Part shown: one piece after another, positions 60,866 through 64,000 of the stretch | How the letters are laid out: every line of letters starts with the position of its first letter | Numbering within the stretch: the stretch's first letter is position 1 | Assembly (NCBI RefSeq): GCF_009914755.1 | Contig: NC_060927.1 | From: the human T2T-CHM13v2.0 reference genome, Homo sapiens | Reading direction: 5' to 3' (one strand) | DNA length: 64,000 nt | Made by a program: the position numbers and the translations under genes | Notes under the pieces: model-generated | Databases searched by the model: none | What the model saw: the letters and a program-made list of their open reading frames with translations, nothing else | What the model was told of the DNA's origin: nothing

Positions 60866-62457
60866 AGAGGGCGGCCACTGGGGCGACAACCGGTTGAAGT
60901 GGCTCCTGGGAGAGAGGGGGAGGTGGTCTAGTGGGGTGGAGTTAATCCCTCCCACGCGCGGTGCCGGGTGTCCGCCCCCTCTGGGTCCGAGAAGCTTCCG
61001 CCCAACCCTTTCCAGGTGCCGCTCCCCTGCGCATTCCAGAGCAGTACTCTCCAAGGTGGGAAACCTAGGAGTTTGGAGTCTCCTCCGGGATGGAGAAGCT
61101 GCCGCTAGCTTAGTTCGCTTTGGGGACCGGAGGGGCTAGAAAGGAAACTGGGGGCGGGGGTGGGGGGTGGACACTGGGCAGGACTGAGCATCAGCAAGGC
61201 GTGATTCTGAAAGGGAGGGGGCGTCGGCCCCCTACCCCGGAGCGTCCGAGGCGCTGGTCTTCATACCTGTGTCGGCTCTTTCGAAGGAGAGAGGAGGAGT
61301 CGGGGTCTTCACTTTCTTCTCAGCCGCATTAAAAGCCCTCGCAGTTCTCCAGGTTTCCGAGGGCCAGTGTTCTGGGTCAGTGAAAGGGCTCTGGCCACAG
61401 CTGGCTCTTGGTGTCCTGGGCCTCTCTTGACGCAGCTGTAAAATGCGGATGACACCATCTGGTTTTGCTCAGAGGAATCCGGTTTGGGAAAGGGATGTGT
61501 TTTCTTCCCGGGCCAAGTTACCACCACCCGCGGCGCCCACTGTTCCCCGTTGTCGACAAGCGGCGCCAGCGAGGGTCCTGGGGAACTTGACCACCGCACC
61601 CCCGCAAGCTCGGGTAGACCACGGCATCCGCCCCTCGCACCTTTCCTGAGGGCCCACACACTCACACCCCCAGGACAGTACCTTCCAGAACTCAGCTGCG
61701 CAGCCTGGAGGTGAGGACCTCACCCCTAGTCAGTCACCCGTCCGGTGGAGGGAAGGGAGGCACCGAGGCTGCCGTGCGCCTTTCCCTGCACGCGGTTACT
61801 CTCCCGGCTCCGGAGCGGGCCGACCTGGAGCCCCTCAGTGCGCTCTGGTCGTCTACACCCTGAAACCCTTTGAGTTCGAGTCCGCTTGCTGGTGCTTGAG
61901 TTCGCCGCGTCCCTGCAAAGGCACTGCCAACCCCATTTCACAGACCGCAAACCGAGGCGCGAGGAAGAGCAGCGCCTTGCCAAGGCTCCACAACACGCCC
62001 CTCGCCCTCTCCGTGCACCGAGGCCGCCCAGCCTGGGACCTGGAGATCACCAGGCCTTGAACCTTGGGACCTCAACTCCTCTCCCTTTCTTTCCCCCACC
62101 CGTCTTAGATGCAAGGAGAAAGATTTAGAAGCGCTTATTTTAAAATCGGAATCCGTATTCCGCTCTGGAATTCCCTCTGGAATGGAGGGACTGTGGCAAC
62201 GCCAGTGTGAGGGTGGAGTGGGCGAGGCGGGGTGGGGGGGTTGGGGGGGCGGCCCAGAGACGCCTCCGGTTGCTGCTCCACTTTCTAATCCTGAGAGGCA
62301 GCTGCGTTTCTGCAACCTATGGGCAACATGTTTGAAAGAGCTGAAGCTGATTAAATGCTTTCCAGTGGTTTCGCCACGAGCCTGCTAAGGTTTGTGTAGT
62401 TCAGTTGCGAAAAAGAGTCTTATTTGTGATTGTGGCAAGACATGTCTGGAAACATAA

Positions 62458-63184
<727 letters not shown>

Positions 63185-64000
63185 CAAGAATCTACATTTC
63201 TAACAAGTTCCCAGGCCATACTGAAAATGCTAGTCCACCAAGCACACTTTGAGATCATTTCTATAGAAATTCCCTACCTTATACCAGTTACTCAACTCCT
63301 GGCCTTGATCCATTTAATTCATGTTTATTCAACACTTACTTTGTGCCAGGCCCCAGGGATTCAGTATGAACAAGAGCTGACAATACAATAGGGGAGCTGA
63401 AGCAAACAAGTGGACAAACACTTCTCAACAATTCTGATATTTGGGGACTATGGAGTGGAGATGGTAGGAGGTAATCTTGGAGAAATGTTTTGGTGAGGGG
63501 AGCTAGGTGGTAATATGGAAGATGCCCAAAAGGCAGAGGGACTGGAAGGGGAGGGCTGGATAGGAGGCCCTCGGGGATGGGCAAGCAGGAACAATCAAGG
63601 TAGATTTGTTTTAGAATAATAAGCCATTATGAAACCCATTAATTATTAGGAAACATAATAAACATTATGCAAGTCATAAGTGTTCATCAGAGAACATTCA
63701 GAAAACAAAAGTAGAGAAAAGAAGAAAAATTCCAGCCTCCCAGGGAACAACCTGTTGCTGCTCAGGAAACTGGTAGAGGGAACCGGACTTGGTGACTGAG
63801 ACTGACCTTGAGTTTCCAGGCTGGGAGACAAGGGTGGGTGGTAGAGTATTATCCAAGACAGGGAATTCAGAAGGAAAAGCAGGCTTGGAGTGTGGCCGTG
63901 GTGGTAGTGGGCCAGTGGGGAGCGGGTAATGAGTCCAGTATGGGATTGGTTGATCGTTTGTGCATTGACAGTCTAGGAGGAGTTTGGGAGCCTTTGTCCT

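Larger units (their letters stand above)
59430..62280. promoter_or_regulatory. CpG-rich islands over CCK exon 2 (~59430-59860) and promoter/upstream region (~60670-62280)
   Basis: Visibly high CpG and GC density, separated by an AT-rich gap at ~59900-60600. Confidence 0.75.

Overview
Human genomic DNA, recognisable as the TRAK1-CCK locus (chr3p22.1). The + strand carries the 3' end of TRAK1: internal exons 5762-5980 and 15489-15591, a terminal exon from 18937 (CDS ends 19732, 3'UTR to ~21770), and a read-through terminal exon encoding a poly-Glu C-terminus (stop at 6252). The - strand carries the complete CCK gene: non-coding exon ~60765-60695, coding exons 59629-59416 and 54226-54093 (115 aa), a proximal promoter (TATA, GC box, CRE/TRE, E-box) and an upstream compound STR. 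The rest is repeat-rich (about 15 Alus, several L1s, MIR/L2, DNA transposons, LTR remnants). I found no clearly new biological system. The best observations are: (1) a TSD-flanked L1PA3/4 whose 5'UTR was spliced before integration (SpIRE 97/622 type) and which carries an apparent 3' transduction; (2) a U4 snRNA retrocopy with a MADE1/Hsmar1 TIR half-site inside the same TSDs; (3) old local duplications in CCK intron 2 and the intergenic region; (4) candidate alternative exons of TRAK1 and CCK. Repeat subfamily calls are from remembered consensus sequences and need RepeatMasker/Dfam confirmation.
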